Below are positions 38,946 to 48,176 of a stretch of 64,000 nucleotides of DNA, one piece after another. The first letter of the stretch is position 1. Each line of letters opens with the position of its first letter. Source of the stretch: Bdellovibrio sp. (GTDB taxonomy: Bacteria; Bdellovibrionota; Bdellovibrionia; Bdellovibrionales; Bdellovibrionaceae); NCBI GenBank assembly GCA_036676395.1, contig JAKFCY010000002.1, positions 1,632,001-1,696,000 on the forward strand, given 5' to 3'. Under the pieces are notes generated by a model, which worked only from the letters and a program-made list of their open reading frames with translations, was not told the origin of the DNA and did no database searches. The position numbers and the translations under genes were made by a program.

Positions 38946-39334
38946 ATACCAATCGCCGTTTTCCACTCAGGCGTCGGTAAAATAATTTTTCTGGCTTTTA
39001 AATCAAAAAATGCCAGCACCACGATAAGCTCTGCGCAGACTTCATTTTTATCATTAAACATTTCTTGTTTTAGTTTTCCGATTTTTCCATTGTATTCTGT
39101 GCACTCTACTGAAATTTTAATTTTATCACGTTGTTTAAGCTCTTTGATAAAACGTAAATGGGCTTCTAAAATCACTGGCCCCTGGCCTGTTTCCTGAATT
39201 TTCTTTAGGCCAAATCCACGCTCAGTAATGAGATCCCAGCGGGCTTGTTCGAATAGCTCTAAATAACGAGCGTTATTCATATGGCCAAAAATATCCAGAT
39301 GTGTTTCTTGCACCATGGTTTCAAATAAATACAT
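38942..39334 (-). CDS. 4HBT/YbgC-FadM family thioesterase
   Basis: LDIFGHMNNARYL..FEQAR motif. Confidence 0.85.
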   Translation of the reverse strand: MYLFETMVQETHLDIFGHMNNARYLELFEQARWDLITERGFGLKKIQETGQGPVILEAHLRFIKELKQRDKIKISVECTEYNGKIGKLKQEMFNDKNEVCAELIVVLAFFDLKARKIILPTPEWKTAIGI

Positions 39335-39344
39335 AAGAACCTAC

Positions 39345-39944
39345 TTAGTTAATTAAAAAGCCCAAAGAGATCGCTGGGTATGTTTCTTTAGCGATATACT
39401 CATCAAAATTCGTGATCGTATCATTTTTTTTAAAGTTCATCTGACGGTGAGATACTAAGGCACCGATATAAAAATTCGAAGCAAAGCTTACTTTATATTC
39501 AAGGTCGGCCTGAAAACCACTGCCTTTGCGATAATCACCAAAACTTTCGTCATGGCGGTAAAACGCACGAAAATTAAAATTATTACGAAAGAAATAACCA
39601 AAACCCACTCCGCCGGTTTTACCATTTGTGGGGCCCGCTAAAGTTGAATAGTTTTTTACCGAATACAAAAGGCCTAAATACCAATTACTGTCATTGATAT
39701 AGCCAAGCTTAGAGTCGTAAATCGATGTGTTGTTCTTAAAATCCTGCGTTGATGGGTTTCCGGCGGCTTCGGACTGGCCGTAGTGAATACCAAAATCTAG
39801 GAGCACGCCAGATTTTCCAGCCACATAAACACTGCTGCCACCGCGTGATGAGCCACCACCACGAGTTTGTGCCCGACTAAGGACAGACAAACTCAACACA
39901 ACAAAAACGATTGATAAAAATGACTTAGATACAATTTTAATCAA
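39345..39944 (-). CDS. Outer-membrane beta-barrel protein
   Basis: Signal peptide, alternating beta-strand pattern, C-terminal ISLGFLIN. Confidence 0.6.
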   Translation of the reverse strand: MIKIVSKSFLSIVFVVLSLSVLSRAQTRGGGSSRGGSSVYVAGKSGVLLDFGIHYGQSEAAGNPSTQDFKNNTSIYDSKLGYINDSNWYLGLLYSVKNYSTLAGPTNGKTGGVGFGYFFRNNFNFRAFYRHDESFGDYRKGSGFQADLEYKVSFASNFYIGALVSHRQMNFKKNDTITNFDEYIAKETYPAISLGFLIN

Positions 39945-40077
39945 GTTAACGATTCCTTGTTTTTTATTGTGAAAAATTTATAAAAAATGTTCAATAACAC
40001 ATTTCTAACGCAAGGCAGAAGTCTACGCGCAACACTTTCTTGATGACTTCAATTTTAGGCTATGGTTTTTCACATGT

Positions 40078-40680
40078 ATGCGAAGAATCAAACCTGCATT
40101 TAAACTTGTAGTACTGCTGATCAATTTAGTGTTCTGCTTCGCATTTACATCTACGGCCCAGGCCGGCGAAAGCATCAAAGGCCGCATTAAAAAAGTAGAT
40201 AACACTTATCTCATCGTTACAAAAAACCAAATTGCTTATACTTTAGATTTTTCAAACGGCGTTTCTGAACAACAAATTAGACGTTTAAATAATGGCGACT
40301 TCGCTTCCGTGTCTGCTAACTTTAGCAGCATCTCGCCAAGCCTTATCTACGTCACTTCTGTTGATTACGTAGGTCTAAATATGCTGACTGGTATTTGGTT
40401 AAGTGAGGCTGGCTTGTGCTATGAATTCGCAAGCTTTACGCGCTTATACGTCTATGGCCCTGACAATGACGGTGAATGTGTACGCAGTCTTGATCCCGAA
40501 GAGTACTCAAAATACACCTACTTCATCAATCCTGATGTCGACGCATGGAATATGTTAATTTCTTCGAACAATTCAGAATTCGTCGGCAACCTAGATATTA
40601 TCAGTGATAACGAGATCACAATAGAGTTGTTTGACGCCCGAACTGACGCTACCCTAGGAACAATGGTTCTTAGGAGATAG
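40078..40680 (+). CDS. Secreted hypothetical protein
   Basis: Signal peptide ending AQA; 200-aa ORF heading a + strand run. Confidence 0.65.
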   Translation: MRRIKPAFKLVVLLINLVFCFAFTSTAQAGESIKGRIKKVDNTYLIVTKNQIAYTLDFSNGVSEQQIRRLNNGDFASVSANFSSISPSLIYVTSVDYVGLNMLTGIWLSEAGLCYEFASFTRLYVYGPDNDGECVRSLDPEEYSKYTYFINPDVDAWNMLISSNNSEFVGNLDIISDNEITIELFDARTDATLGTMVLRR

Positions 40681-40685
40681 ACAAA

Positions 40686-41633
40686 TTGTTTCTACCGGTT
40701 AAATCTGACATCTTTTTTACAAAAAATGATCCTGAAGATATTCGTCTTGGCGATTTAGCCCGTTCTGTGAATTTTGACGAATTAAAGCCCAATGACTTCG
40801 TCATCTTTGGCTACCCTGATGATGACGGCATTAAACTCAATGGTGGCCGCATCGGTGCGGCAGAAGCTCCCAGATTGATTCGCCAATTTCTTTATAAAAT
40901 GACCCCGTCTTACAAAAAGGCGATCGTTAAAAGTAATATTCACGACTATGGCGACCTTGCCTTAACTACTGGTGACATTGCTGTTCGCCATGATATGGCT
41001 CGTAAACATTTAGTGAAATGTTTAATGAAAGACGCCAAAGTGATTTGCATTGGCGGCGGCCATGATTACGGTTTTGCAGATGCCGCAGCTTTTGTGGATC
41101 GTTATCAATCAAGCCATAAGAAAAAACCTATTATCATTAATTTTGACGCTCATATGGATGTGCGCCCGCCAAAAAATGGACCTAACAGCGGCACACCTTT
41201 TTATCGTCTTTACGATGAACACCAAAATCGATTTCAATTAATCGAAATCGGCATTCAAAATCAGTGTAATTCTGCGCACCACATTCGCTGGGCCAAAGAG
41301 CGTGATATTCAAATCGTAGATTTAGATTTACTGCGCACTTCTGGCTGGGGCGCTGTTTGGACACAAACGGCACTTAAAGATTTAGATCATGATCAGCCGG
41401 TGTTTGTAAGTTTTGATATTGATGCCTTAACAGCGGCCGAAGCCGGCGGCTGTAGCCAAGCTTGGGCGACGGGTTTAAAAATTGATGAGTGTTTAAATTT
41501 TCTGACTCAGCTTTATAGCAAATGCAAAGTGCGTGGTTTTGGTGTGTACGAAGTATCGCCACCACTTGATCGTGATTTTCAAACTTCGAAAACTGCGGCC
41601 CTTTTATTACATCACTTTATTTTTAACAGCTAG
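40686..41633 (+). CDS. hutG: Formimidoylglutamase (arginase family)
   Basis: NGGRIGA, GGGHD, NFDAHMDVR, SGTPF, SFDIDA, EVSPPLD. Confidence 0.85.
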   Translation: MFLPVKSDIFFTKNDPEDIRLGDLARSVNFDELKPNDFVIFGYPDDDGIKLNGGRIGAAEAPRLIRQFLYKMTPSYKKAIVKSNIHDYGDLALTTGDIAVRHDMARKHLVKCLMKDAKVICIGGGHDYGFADAAAFVDRYQSSHKKKPIIINFDAHMDVRPPKNGPNSGTPFYRLYDEHQNRFQLIEIGIQNQCNSAHHIRWAKERDIQIVDLDLLRTSGWGAVWTQTALKDLDHDQPVFVSFDIDALTAAEAGGCSQAWATGLKIDECLNFLTQLYSKCKVRGFGVYEVSPPLDRDFQTSKTAALLLHHFIFNS

Positions 41634-41641
41634 GACATCTC

Positions 41642-42652
41642 ATGCGTGGATTTGGCAGCGATAATCATTCCGGAGTACATCCTGAAATTTTACAGACTAT
41701 AACAACGGCTAACGTTGGCCACGCCCCTAGTTACGGCACTGATCCAATAACAGAAAAATGCCAGCAGGCTTTTAAAAACTTTTTCGGCAAATCCTGCGAA
41801 GCTTTTTTTGTGTTTAACGGCACTGCGGCCAATGTTTTATCATTAAAAACTTTAATGAAAAGTTATGAATCGTGTTTTGTAACTGACATCAGCCATCTGA
41901 ATCTTGATGAGTGTGGCGCTCCAGAATTTTTTGCCGGAAAACTAATTCCGGTAAAATCTATTGATGGAAAATTAACAATCAGCGAACTAGAAAAACATTT
42001 AATTCGACTAGGCGATCAACACTACACGCAACCCCGCGTAGTGAGCCTGACTCAGCCAACCGAAGTCGGCACTTTATATTCATTGGATGAAATTAAGGCC
42101 ATCACGACATGGGCTAAGAAAAACAATCTCTTCATCCACATGGATGGCGCTAGATTTACCAATGCCGTTTATAAATTAAATTGCAGCATGCAACAACTGA
42201 CTGTTGATCTAGGTATAGATGTTTTATCTTTTGGTGGCACTAAGAATGGCTTAATGTTCGGCGAAGCTGTTGTTATCTTAAACCCGGCATTAGCAAAAGA
42301 TTTCAAATATATTCGCAAACAAGCGGCACAATTACCTTCTAAAACTCGCTTTATCGCAGCACAATTTCTGGCTTTTTTTAATGATGATTTATATCTAAAA
42401 ATTGCGAAACATTCTTGTGATATGGCTCAGTATTTTTTAGAAACACTTCAAGGCAAATTGAAAATCAACTACACTGTGCAAAGCAATGCGATATTTGCCG
42501 AAATTCCTCAGCCTTTAATTAAAACACTAAAACAGCAGTATTTTTTCTATGTCTGGGATGAAAAAACTTTTGAGTGCCGTCTGATGACTAGCTGGGACAC
42601 TCAGAAATCAGATATTGAAGGCTTTTGTAAAGCCCTCAATGAAGTTCTATAG
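41642..42652 (+). CDS. ltaE: Low-specificity L-threonine aldolase
   Basis: FGSDN, FNGTAAN, DECGAPE, HMDGARF, SFGGTKNG. Confidence 0.88.
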   Translation: MRGFGSDNHSGVHPEILQTITTANVGHAPSYGTDPITEKCQQAFKNFFGKSCEAFFVFNGTAANVLSLKTLMKSYESCFVTDISHLNLDECGAPEFFAGKLIPVKSIDGKLTISELEKHLIRLGDQHYTQPRVVSLTQPTEVGTLYSLDEIKAITTWAKKNNLFIHMDGARFTNAVYKLNCSMQQLTVDLGIDVLSFGGTKNGLMFGEAVVILNPALAKDFKYIRKQAAQLPSKTRFIAAQFLAFFNDDLYLKIAKHSCDMAQYFLETLQGKLKINYTVQSNAIFAEIPQPLIKTLKQQYFFYVWDEKTFECRLMTSWDTQKSDIEGFCKALNEVL

Positions 42653-43309
42653 TTGTTTGATCGTTTGCAATATTAAAGCGGCATGCCCTTCAGCTTTAAC
42701 CTTACGGTATTCACCGATGATTTTATTGTTTTCATCAATGATAAAAGTAGAGCGTTCAACACCCAGAACTTTTTTGCCGTACATATTTTTCTCTTTGATC
42801 ACGTCGAAAAATTGACAAAGCTTTTCTTCAGTATCAGCTAACAATTCAAATTTAAAATCGCAGGCTTGAATAAATTTATCGTGGGATTTTAAACTGTCTC
42901 TGGAAATACCGTAAATAATGGTGTTTAACTTTTTGAAATCTTTTAAAAAAGAATTAAATTCATTACCTTGAATTGTACAACCCGGAGTGTTGTCTTTAGG
43001 GTAAAAGTATAAAACTGTCTTGTGGCCTTTTAGATCTTGCAGACTAATTGACTTTCCTGACGAAGACTCGACGGTTAAATTAGGTAATGATTTTCCTAGC
43101 ATCTTAACGTCCGTAAGGTTGTTGCGGAGGTTGGTTTTGGTCGTCTTGGTTTTGGACTTCGTCTTGGTTTTGGACTTCGTCTGGGCTAACTTCGCCGGTG
43201 CCCGAGACGCTTTGCGCGTTGGCTTCGCCGCCTTCTGCTTCATTGAAGTATTCCGGCTCTGCGGTGTGCGGCGTGTTTTCTTCTTTAGCACTTTCTTCTT
43301 TTTGGCCAT
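42647..43309 (-). CDS. bcp: Peroxiredoxin Bcp/PrxQ; core starts at 43102, possible 69-aa basic N-terminal extension from 43309
   Basis: YFYPKDNTPGCT, GISRDS..SH, ERSTFIID; both candidate ATGs are in frame. Confidence 0.85.
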   Translation of the reverse strand: MAKKKKVLKKKTRRTPQSRNTSMKQKAAKPTRKASRAPAKLAQTKSKTKTKSKTKTTKTNLRNNLTDVKMLGKSLPNLTVESSSGKSISLQDLKGHKTVLYFYPKDNTPGCTIQGNEFNSFLKDFKKLNTIIYGISRDSLKSHDKFIQACDFKFELLADTEEKLCQFFDVIKEKNMYGKKVLGVERSTFIIDENNKIIGEYRKVKAEGHAALILQTIKQL

Positions 43310-44168
43310 CTTTTACATCCTCTTTAGGAACTTCTTTAGTTTCTTCGTCGGCTTTTTCTAAACCCAGAAGTTTATTTTGCATGTCAGTGAAATCATCTTT
43401 AACTTTAATTTCTTTTTCAATGATCGAAATTTTTCCTGACATGGGCACAGTCATATTGATTTTTTTCGTTTCGATTAAATCTTTGTACTGCCCGCCTTCG
43501 ATCACTAATTCATCAGCTTGGTTACGGTTAAATTCATACTTTTTAATTTTTAACTCATAAAGATTAATATCTAAACCGGTTATGCGCGGGGAAAAAACGG
43601 TATCTTTGCAATTGAACGACTGCACCTTGTTATCTTTGATTGAAAATTGACAGACTCTTTCTGGATTAATACCCGCCGCATTACCTAAAATGACTTTCCA
43701 ATTAGGGGTAAAAAAGACAACGGTTAACTTATGTCTATTCACCACATCTTCGCTGATCTCGGCTAATTTTTTTGCGGGCTTTGTACATTCGCTAAAAATT
43801 TCAAACTTTTTAGTTCCCGCGCGCACAGCTATTTTTTGGCAACCAAAACCAGGCAAAAAGCCGGTTTTAGCCCCATTAAACTTATCAAATCCAAAAGCTA
43901 GCACTTCGAACTGATTAACATCAGGAGCACTGGCTTCAAGAATAAGCTTTAACACTTCTTTTTCAAGACTTGCGATAAACTTAAGATTACCAGTTAACAT
44001 TTTCGCAAATGCCACTTCATCATTTAAAGTTTGCGAGGCCAGCGGCGCAACGACGGTGACAGGAGTTGTAACGACTTCTTCTTCGCTCTTCGTTGCAGGA
44101 AGGTCTTTTTTTGTGCAACTAAAGAGCAAAGCCAGCGTGATACATGTCGTTATGAATATCAGTTTCAT
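43104..44168 (-). CDS. Lipoprotein with acidic, Q-rich C-terminal tail
   Basis: Lipobox LFSC; 354 aa. Confidence 0.75.
   Translation of the reverse strand: MKLIFITTCITLALLFSCTKKDLPATKSEEEVVTTPVTVVAPLASQTLNDEVAFAKMLTGNLKFIASLEKEVLKLILEASAPDVNQFEVLAFGFDKFNGAKTGFLPGFGCQKIAVRAGTKKFEIFSECTKPAKKLAEISEDVVNRHKLTVVFFTPNWKVILGNAAGINPERVCQFSIKDNKVQSFNCKDTVFSPRITGLDINLYELKIKKYEFNRNQADELVIEGGQYKDLIETKKINMTVPMSGKISIIEKEIKVKDDFTDMQNKLLGLEKADEETKEVPKEDVKDGQKEESAKEENTPHTAEPEYFNEAEGGEANAQSVSGTGEVSPDEVQNQDEVQNQDDQNQPPQQPYGR
43131..43182. repeat. 18-bp tandem repeat (TCGTCTTGGTTTTGGACT, two full copies plus partials)
   Basis: Encodes DEVQNQ repeats in one frame and TKSKTK repeats in the other. Confidence 0.85.
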
Positions 44169-44279
44169 GGCCTTATTATGCTGTTTCTTGTTTTCATTTT
44201 ACAAGTTTTAGTTGAAAATATTTAAACAAATTAGCAACACGACAAGTGCGTGTCGAAGACACGATAAAGGGAAAGTTTA

Positions 44280-45959
44280 ATGGAAAAAATTTGGCTTAAG
44301 AAGTACCCAAAAGTTGTACCGCATGTCATCGAAACTGATGAATATTCAAATATTTTAGAAGTATTTGATGAATCAGTGCGAAAATTTCGCAATAAAGTGG
44401 CCTTCAAAAACTTTGGAACTAGCTTAACTTTCCACGACCTAGATGTATTATCTGGCCAATTTGCATCGTATTTGCAAAATGATCTTGGATTAAAAAAAGG
44501 CGATAAAATCGCTATTCAAATGCCAAACGTTTTACAGTTTCCGGTAGCCCTTTTTGGAGCTATGCGCGCTGGTCTAATCATTGTAAATACAAATCCACTT
44601 TATACCGCGACTGAAATGAAACACCAATTCAGCGATTCAGGCGCAACAACATTAGTGATCTTGGCACAATTTGCTCACTTGTATGAAAAAATTCAAGGAC
44701 AAACCCCAATTAAAAATGTGATCGTAACCGAAGTCGGCGATCTATTGGGTTTTCCGAAAAAACATCTGATTAACTTTGTTTTAAAGCATGTTAAAAAAAT
44801 GGTGCCGGCTTATAACTTTAAACACATAACTTTTGGTGATGCTTTAGATGCAGGGGCTACAAAAACTTATATTCAACCCCTATTAGCCGCAAAAGATATC
44901 GCCTTTTTACAATACACTGGCGGAACAACCGGAGTTTCTAAAGGCGCTATCCTTACCCATGAAAATATTATCGCAAACATGTTACAAATTTGCGCGTGGA
45001 TGCGCCCAAAATTAATCGAAGGCGAAGAGATTTGTTTAACTCCGCTTCCGATGTATCATATTTTTTCTTTAACTGTGAATTGTCTGGCTTTTATGCGCTA
45101 CGGAGCTATGAATATCTTAATCACCAATCCACGTGATATTCCTGGTTTCATTAAAACCATGAAAAAAGAAAAATTCTCGATCATGACTGGTGTAAATACG
45201 CTTTATAACGCCTTAGCAGTTCATCCCGATATTAAAACTGTCGATTTTTCTCATATGAAAATTTCAGTCGCAGGCGCAATGGCTTTACAGGGCGCAGTCA
45301 AAGAACGTTGGAAACAAGCCACCGGCACTGATGTTATCGAAGGTTATGGTTTAACTGAGACATCTCCTGTGGCTTGCGTAAATCCAATTGATGGCACAGA
45401 CAAAGTCGGAACCATCGGCTTACCTGTTCCAAATACAGATATCCGCTTAATTGATGATAACGGCAAAGACGTAACGGCAACTGGAGAACCCGGCGAGTTA
45501 TGCGTTAAAGGTCCACAAGTTATGCAAGGTTATTACAACCGCCCCGATGAAACAGCTAAAGTGCTTAAAGATGGCTGGTTATTAACTGGTGATATCGCTG
45601 TGATGGATTCTGAAGGATTTTTTAAAATCGTCGATCGCAAAAAAGATATGATCTTAGTATCAGGCTTTAACGTTTACCCAAATGAAGTTGAAGATGTTAT
45701 CGCGAAACACCCTAAAGTATTAGAAGTAGCAGCGATTGGTATACCGGATGATCATTCAGGCGAAGTGGTTAAAGTATTTGTTGTTAAAAAAGACGAGTCT
45801 TTAACAGAACAAGAAGTCATCGCACATGCAAAACTTTCAATGACGAATTACAAGGTGCCAAAACACGTTGAGTTCAGAAGTGAAATTCCAAAAACCAATG
45901 TTGGCAAAGTTTTACGTCGGGCCCTACGCGATGAAGAATTAGCAAAATTAAAAAAATAA
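44280..45959 (+). CDS. fadD: Long-chain-fatty-acid--CoA ligase
   Basis: LQYTGGTTGVSKGA, EGYGLTETSP, TGDIA, DRKKDMILVSGFNVYP, PKTNVGK. Confidence 0.93.
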   Translation: MEKIWLKKYPKVVPHVIETDEYSNILEVFDESVRKFRNKVAFKNFGTSLTFHDLDVLSGQFASYLQNDLGLKKGDKIAIQMPNVLQFPVALFGAMRAGLIIVNTNPLYTATEMKHQFSDSGATTLVILAQFAHLYEKIQGQTPIKNVIVTEVGDLLGFPKKHLINFVLKHVKKMVPAYNFKHITFGDALDAGATKTYIQPLLAAKDIAFLQYTGGTTGVSKGAILTHENIIANMLQICAWMRPKLIEGEEICLTPLPMYHIFSLTVNCLAFMRYGAMNILITNPRDIPGFIKTMKKEKFSIMTGVNTLYNALAVHPDIKTVDFSHMKISVAGAMALQGAVKERWKQATGTDVIEGYGLTETSPVACVNPIDGTDKVGTIGLPVPNTDIRLIDDNGKDVTATGEPGELCVKGPQVMQGYYNRPDETAKVLKDGWLLTGDIAVMDSEGFFKIVDRKKDMILVSGFNVYPNEVEDVIAKHPKVLEVAAIGIPDDHSGEVVKVFVVKKDESLTEQEVIAHAKLSMTNYKVPKHVEFRSEIPKTNVGKVLRRALRDEELAKLKK

Positions 45960-45982
45960 GTTTTATAACAGGGAGCCCTCGT

Positions 45983-46525
45983 ATGAAAAAGTTAGTTTTA
46001 ATCGCAACTCTAGTTTTAACCTCAACTGCATTTGCACAAAAAAATAAACAGTCTGCTCCACCCGCAGCTGCAGCACAGCCTTCTTACAGCGCTGGCCAAA
46101 AAGTATTCGGTGGCAACATCGGTATGAATCAAAGTGCGTTTAACTTAGGCGTTATGATTGATTCTGGCACTGACACTGGTGATCTTGGGGGATCATTTTT
46201 CTTACAAACAGAAAAAAAAGAAAATGGTGTTGTTGTCGTAACCCAAGTCATGACTTTTGGCGGACATGTTAATTTAAATGTATTTGACCAAGCTGGTTGG
46301 GTTTTAGATTTGCGCCCGGGCATTAATCTTTCGATGCTTCAAGATGTTGGCGCTGGTGGTGATGACAAAACTGTATTTGGCCCATCATTACGCTGGAGTG
46401 TAGCTCGCAGAACTGCTGGCGGTATGGAAATCGGTATTGAACGTTTAGAAATCTGGAACTGGTTTGATGACGAAGCTCCAGGATCTGGCGCATTTACGTC
46501 TTTAGTTTTCAGAACTCGTTTCTAG
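45983..46525 (+). CDS. Small outer-membrane beta-barrel protein
   Basis: GGGAG SD, signal peptide ending AFA, C-terminal FRTRF. Confidence 0.65.
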   Translation: MKKLVLIATLVLTSTAFAQKNKQSAPPAAAAQPSYSAGQKVFGGNIGMNQSAFNLGVMIDSGTDTGDLGGSFFLQTEKKENGVVVVTQVMTFGGHVNLNVFDQAGWVLDLRPGINLSMLQDVGAGGDDKTVFGPSLRWSVARRTAGGMEIGIERLEIWNWFDDEAPGSGAFTSLVFRTRF

Positions 46526-46550
46526 TTTTTACAAAAAATTTAGAACTTTA

Positions 46551-46589
46551 AAAAGCCACACTTTCTAACGAAGTGTGGCTTTTATTTTT
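46551..46589 (+). terminator. Rho-independent terminator
   Basis: AAAAGCCACACTT-7nt-AAGTGTGGCTTTT followed by a T-run. Confidence 0.85.
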
Positions 46590-46597
46590 ACGCAGCT

Positions 46598-46637
46598 CTC
46601 TTAAGCCGGATGTTGACGGTCGTCAGAGCGCGTCGAT
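46598..46637 (+). repeat. Left 40-bp inverted repeat
   Basis: CTCTTAAGCCGGATGTTGACGGTCGTCAGAGCGCGTCGAT. Confidence 0.92.
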
Positions 46638-46675
46638 TTATAGACACGCTTCTTAGAAAGATTTAGCATTTAGTA

Positions 46676-47230
46676 GTGAAAAGAGACGAACCATTTAACC
46701 CATTATCTAAAAGCGCTGATACTCCTTTAGGGCTTAAGTTTCGCCTTGCAGAACGTAAAGACTGTTCCGCAGTCAGTAAGCTCATGTCCGAGCGCAATCC
46801 CACCATCGAAGCTTCTCAAATTTTATCTAATATAAATCGTGAGCTAGATCGTGTAGAAACAGATTCCAACTATAAGCTTTATGTAGCCGAACTTAAAAAT
46901 GAAGTTATCGGGTTCTGTCGTTTTTATCATAGCTCTGGGATGCCTGCGCAAAAAAAGATCTATCCAAGCCCTGAAGGTTGGTACGGCATGGGAATTATGG
47001 TGGACTCAAAATTTCGCAGACAGAACATTGCTCACTTTATTTCTTTAAGTAGAATTGAAGTTTTGAAAAAGATGGATGTCAGAGAATTTTACTCTATTGT
47101 TGATTCAAATAATTTAACTTCAATGAGAATGCATCAAGAATTTGGATATATTGAAATTTCGAGAGCAGAAGGTTTTTTGCATTTAAAATTTAATGAAGCA
47201 ACTGGAGTTCTTTTTAAATTGATCATTTAA
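46676..47230 (+). CDS. GNAT family N-acetyltransferase
   Basis: FRLAE..D, YVAE..NEVIGF, MVDSKFRRQNIA acetyl-CoA motif, NLTSMRMHQEFGY. Confidence 0.85.
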   Translation: MKRDEPFNPLSKSADTPLGLKFRLAERKDCSAVSKLMSERNPTIEASQILSNINRELDRVETDSNYKLYVAELKNEVIGFCRFYHSSGMPAQKKIYPSPEGWYGMGIMVDSKFRRQNIAHFISLSRIEVLKKMDVREFYSIVDSNNLTSMRMHQEFGYIEISRAEGFLHLKFNEATGVLFKLII

Positions 47231-47277
47231 AGCCTTATCAAAAAAATGGTACTCACAATAACTTTGATTAAGTGCGC

Positions 47278-47317
47278 ATCGACGCGCTCTGACGACGGTC
47301 AACATCCGGCTTAAGAG
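47278..47317 (-). repeat. Right 40-bp inverted repeat
   Basis: Reverse complement CTCTTAAGCCGGATGTTGACCGTCGTCAGAGCGCGTCGAT; 39/40 match to the left copy. Confidence 0.92.
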
Positions 47318-47345
47318 TAACACGTAAAAAACAGTTAAGGATTTT

Positions 47346-48176
47346 TTATTGAGCTAAGATTTTATCGACTTCGCGAAGAATATCTTTAAGTCGTTTTTGA
47401 AAAAATGTCTTTTGCTCAGGCGAGCGGATCTTCCAGATTTCTAAAATAAAATTTTTAAAATCATTTTCAAATATTTCACGCTGTTGTTTATAGGTATCAG
47501 TTCGAATACTGTTGTCACCCGAATAATACGCTAGGCTTAAATCGATCATTTTATCTTTTTGCGGATACAGCTTGATCAAATCGGCATTGAAGATTTTGCG
47601 CATCTGAATTTGCTCTGAATAAAAATTTAAATGTTCATCGAAAAATTTCTCCATTAGCTTTTCTTGGTCTTTCGATAAATCATCGAGAAAAAATTCGGCA
47701 ATTCGCACAAAATTAGATAATTTTTTCTTTTTAAAATATTTTTTATCTGCCGCTTCTTCTTCTTTTTCGCTGATCTGTTCGTCGGTGTATTCTTTGAAAA
47801 CTTTCATCTCAGCATCGCTGACTTCACCAATGACTTTTTCAAAGCTGGGTTTAAACAACAAAATCATATCTTTTTGAAAATTACTGGCATCTTTGCGTAG
47901 CGTTTCGCCTTCGGCATCGGTGATTTGATCTTTTGCCGTTAAGGCTTCAATTTTATGAAGATGTTCTTTAAGTTTAACAAAGAAAACTTTTTTATTCTTA
48001 GTGAATTCAGCCGATAAAAAATGATCGACGTCTTTACTTTTAGACCGTGGTGAAAACTCAAAAGCATCATCGACACGGTTTTTGATTTGATTCGTACCTA
48101 GGCTATACCCCACCCCTACTTTTGAACATGATGCGCACAAGAGTAAAGTTAGTAAATAAAGCCAGAGTTTAATCAT
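47346..48176 (-). CDS. Helical lipoprotein (DUF6279-like)
   Basis: Lipobox CASC; LDDLSKDQ and SPEQK..F.KRL segments. Confidence 0.6.
   Translation of the reverse strand: MIKLWLYLLTLLLCASCSKVGVGYSLGTNQIKNRVDDAFEFSPRSKSKDVDHFLSAEFTKNKKVFFVKLKEHLHKIEALTAKDQITDAEGETLRKDASNFQKDMILLFKPSFEKVIGEVSDAEMKVFKEYTDEQISEKEEEAADKKYFKKKKLSNFVRIAEFFLDDLSKDQEKLMEKFFDEHLNFYSEQIQMRKIFNADLIKLYPQKDKMIDLSLAYYSGDNSIRTDTYKQQREIFENDFKNFILEIWKIRSPEQKTFFQKRLKDILREVDKILAQ

Larger units (their letters stand above)
46585..47330. mobile_element. Putative non-autonomous cargo cassette bounded by inverted repeats
   Basis: IRs at 46598-46637 and 47278-47317 plus outer TTTTTACG/CGTAAAAA; encloses a promoter and a GNAT gene; no transposase. 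Confidence 0.55.

Noticed and set aside
44249..44263. CGTGTC-GAA-GACACG hairpin upstream of fadD as a fatty-acid regulator site
   Set aside because: No matching site seen upstream of fadI or hbd; too short to support.
46605..46612. GCCGGATG similarity to enterobacterial REP sequences
   Set aside because: Only 8 bp match; the remaining REP palindrome is absent.
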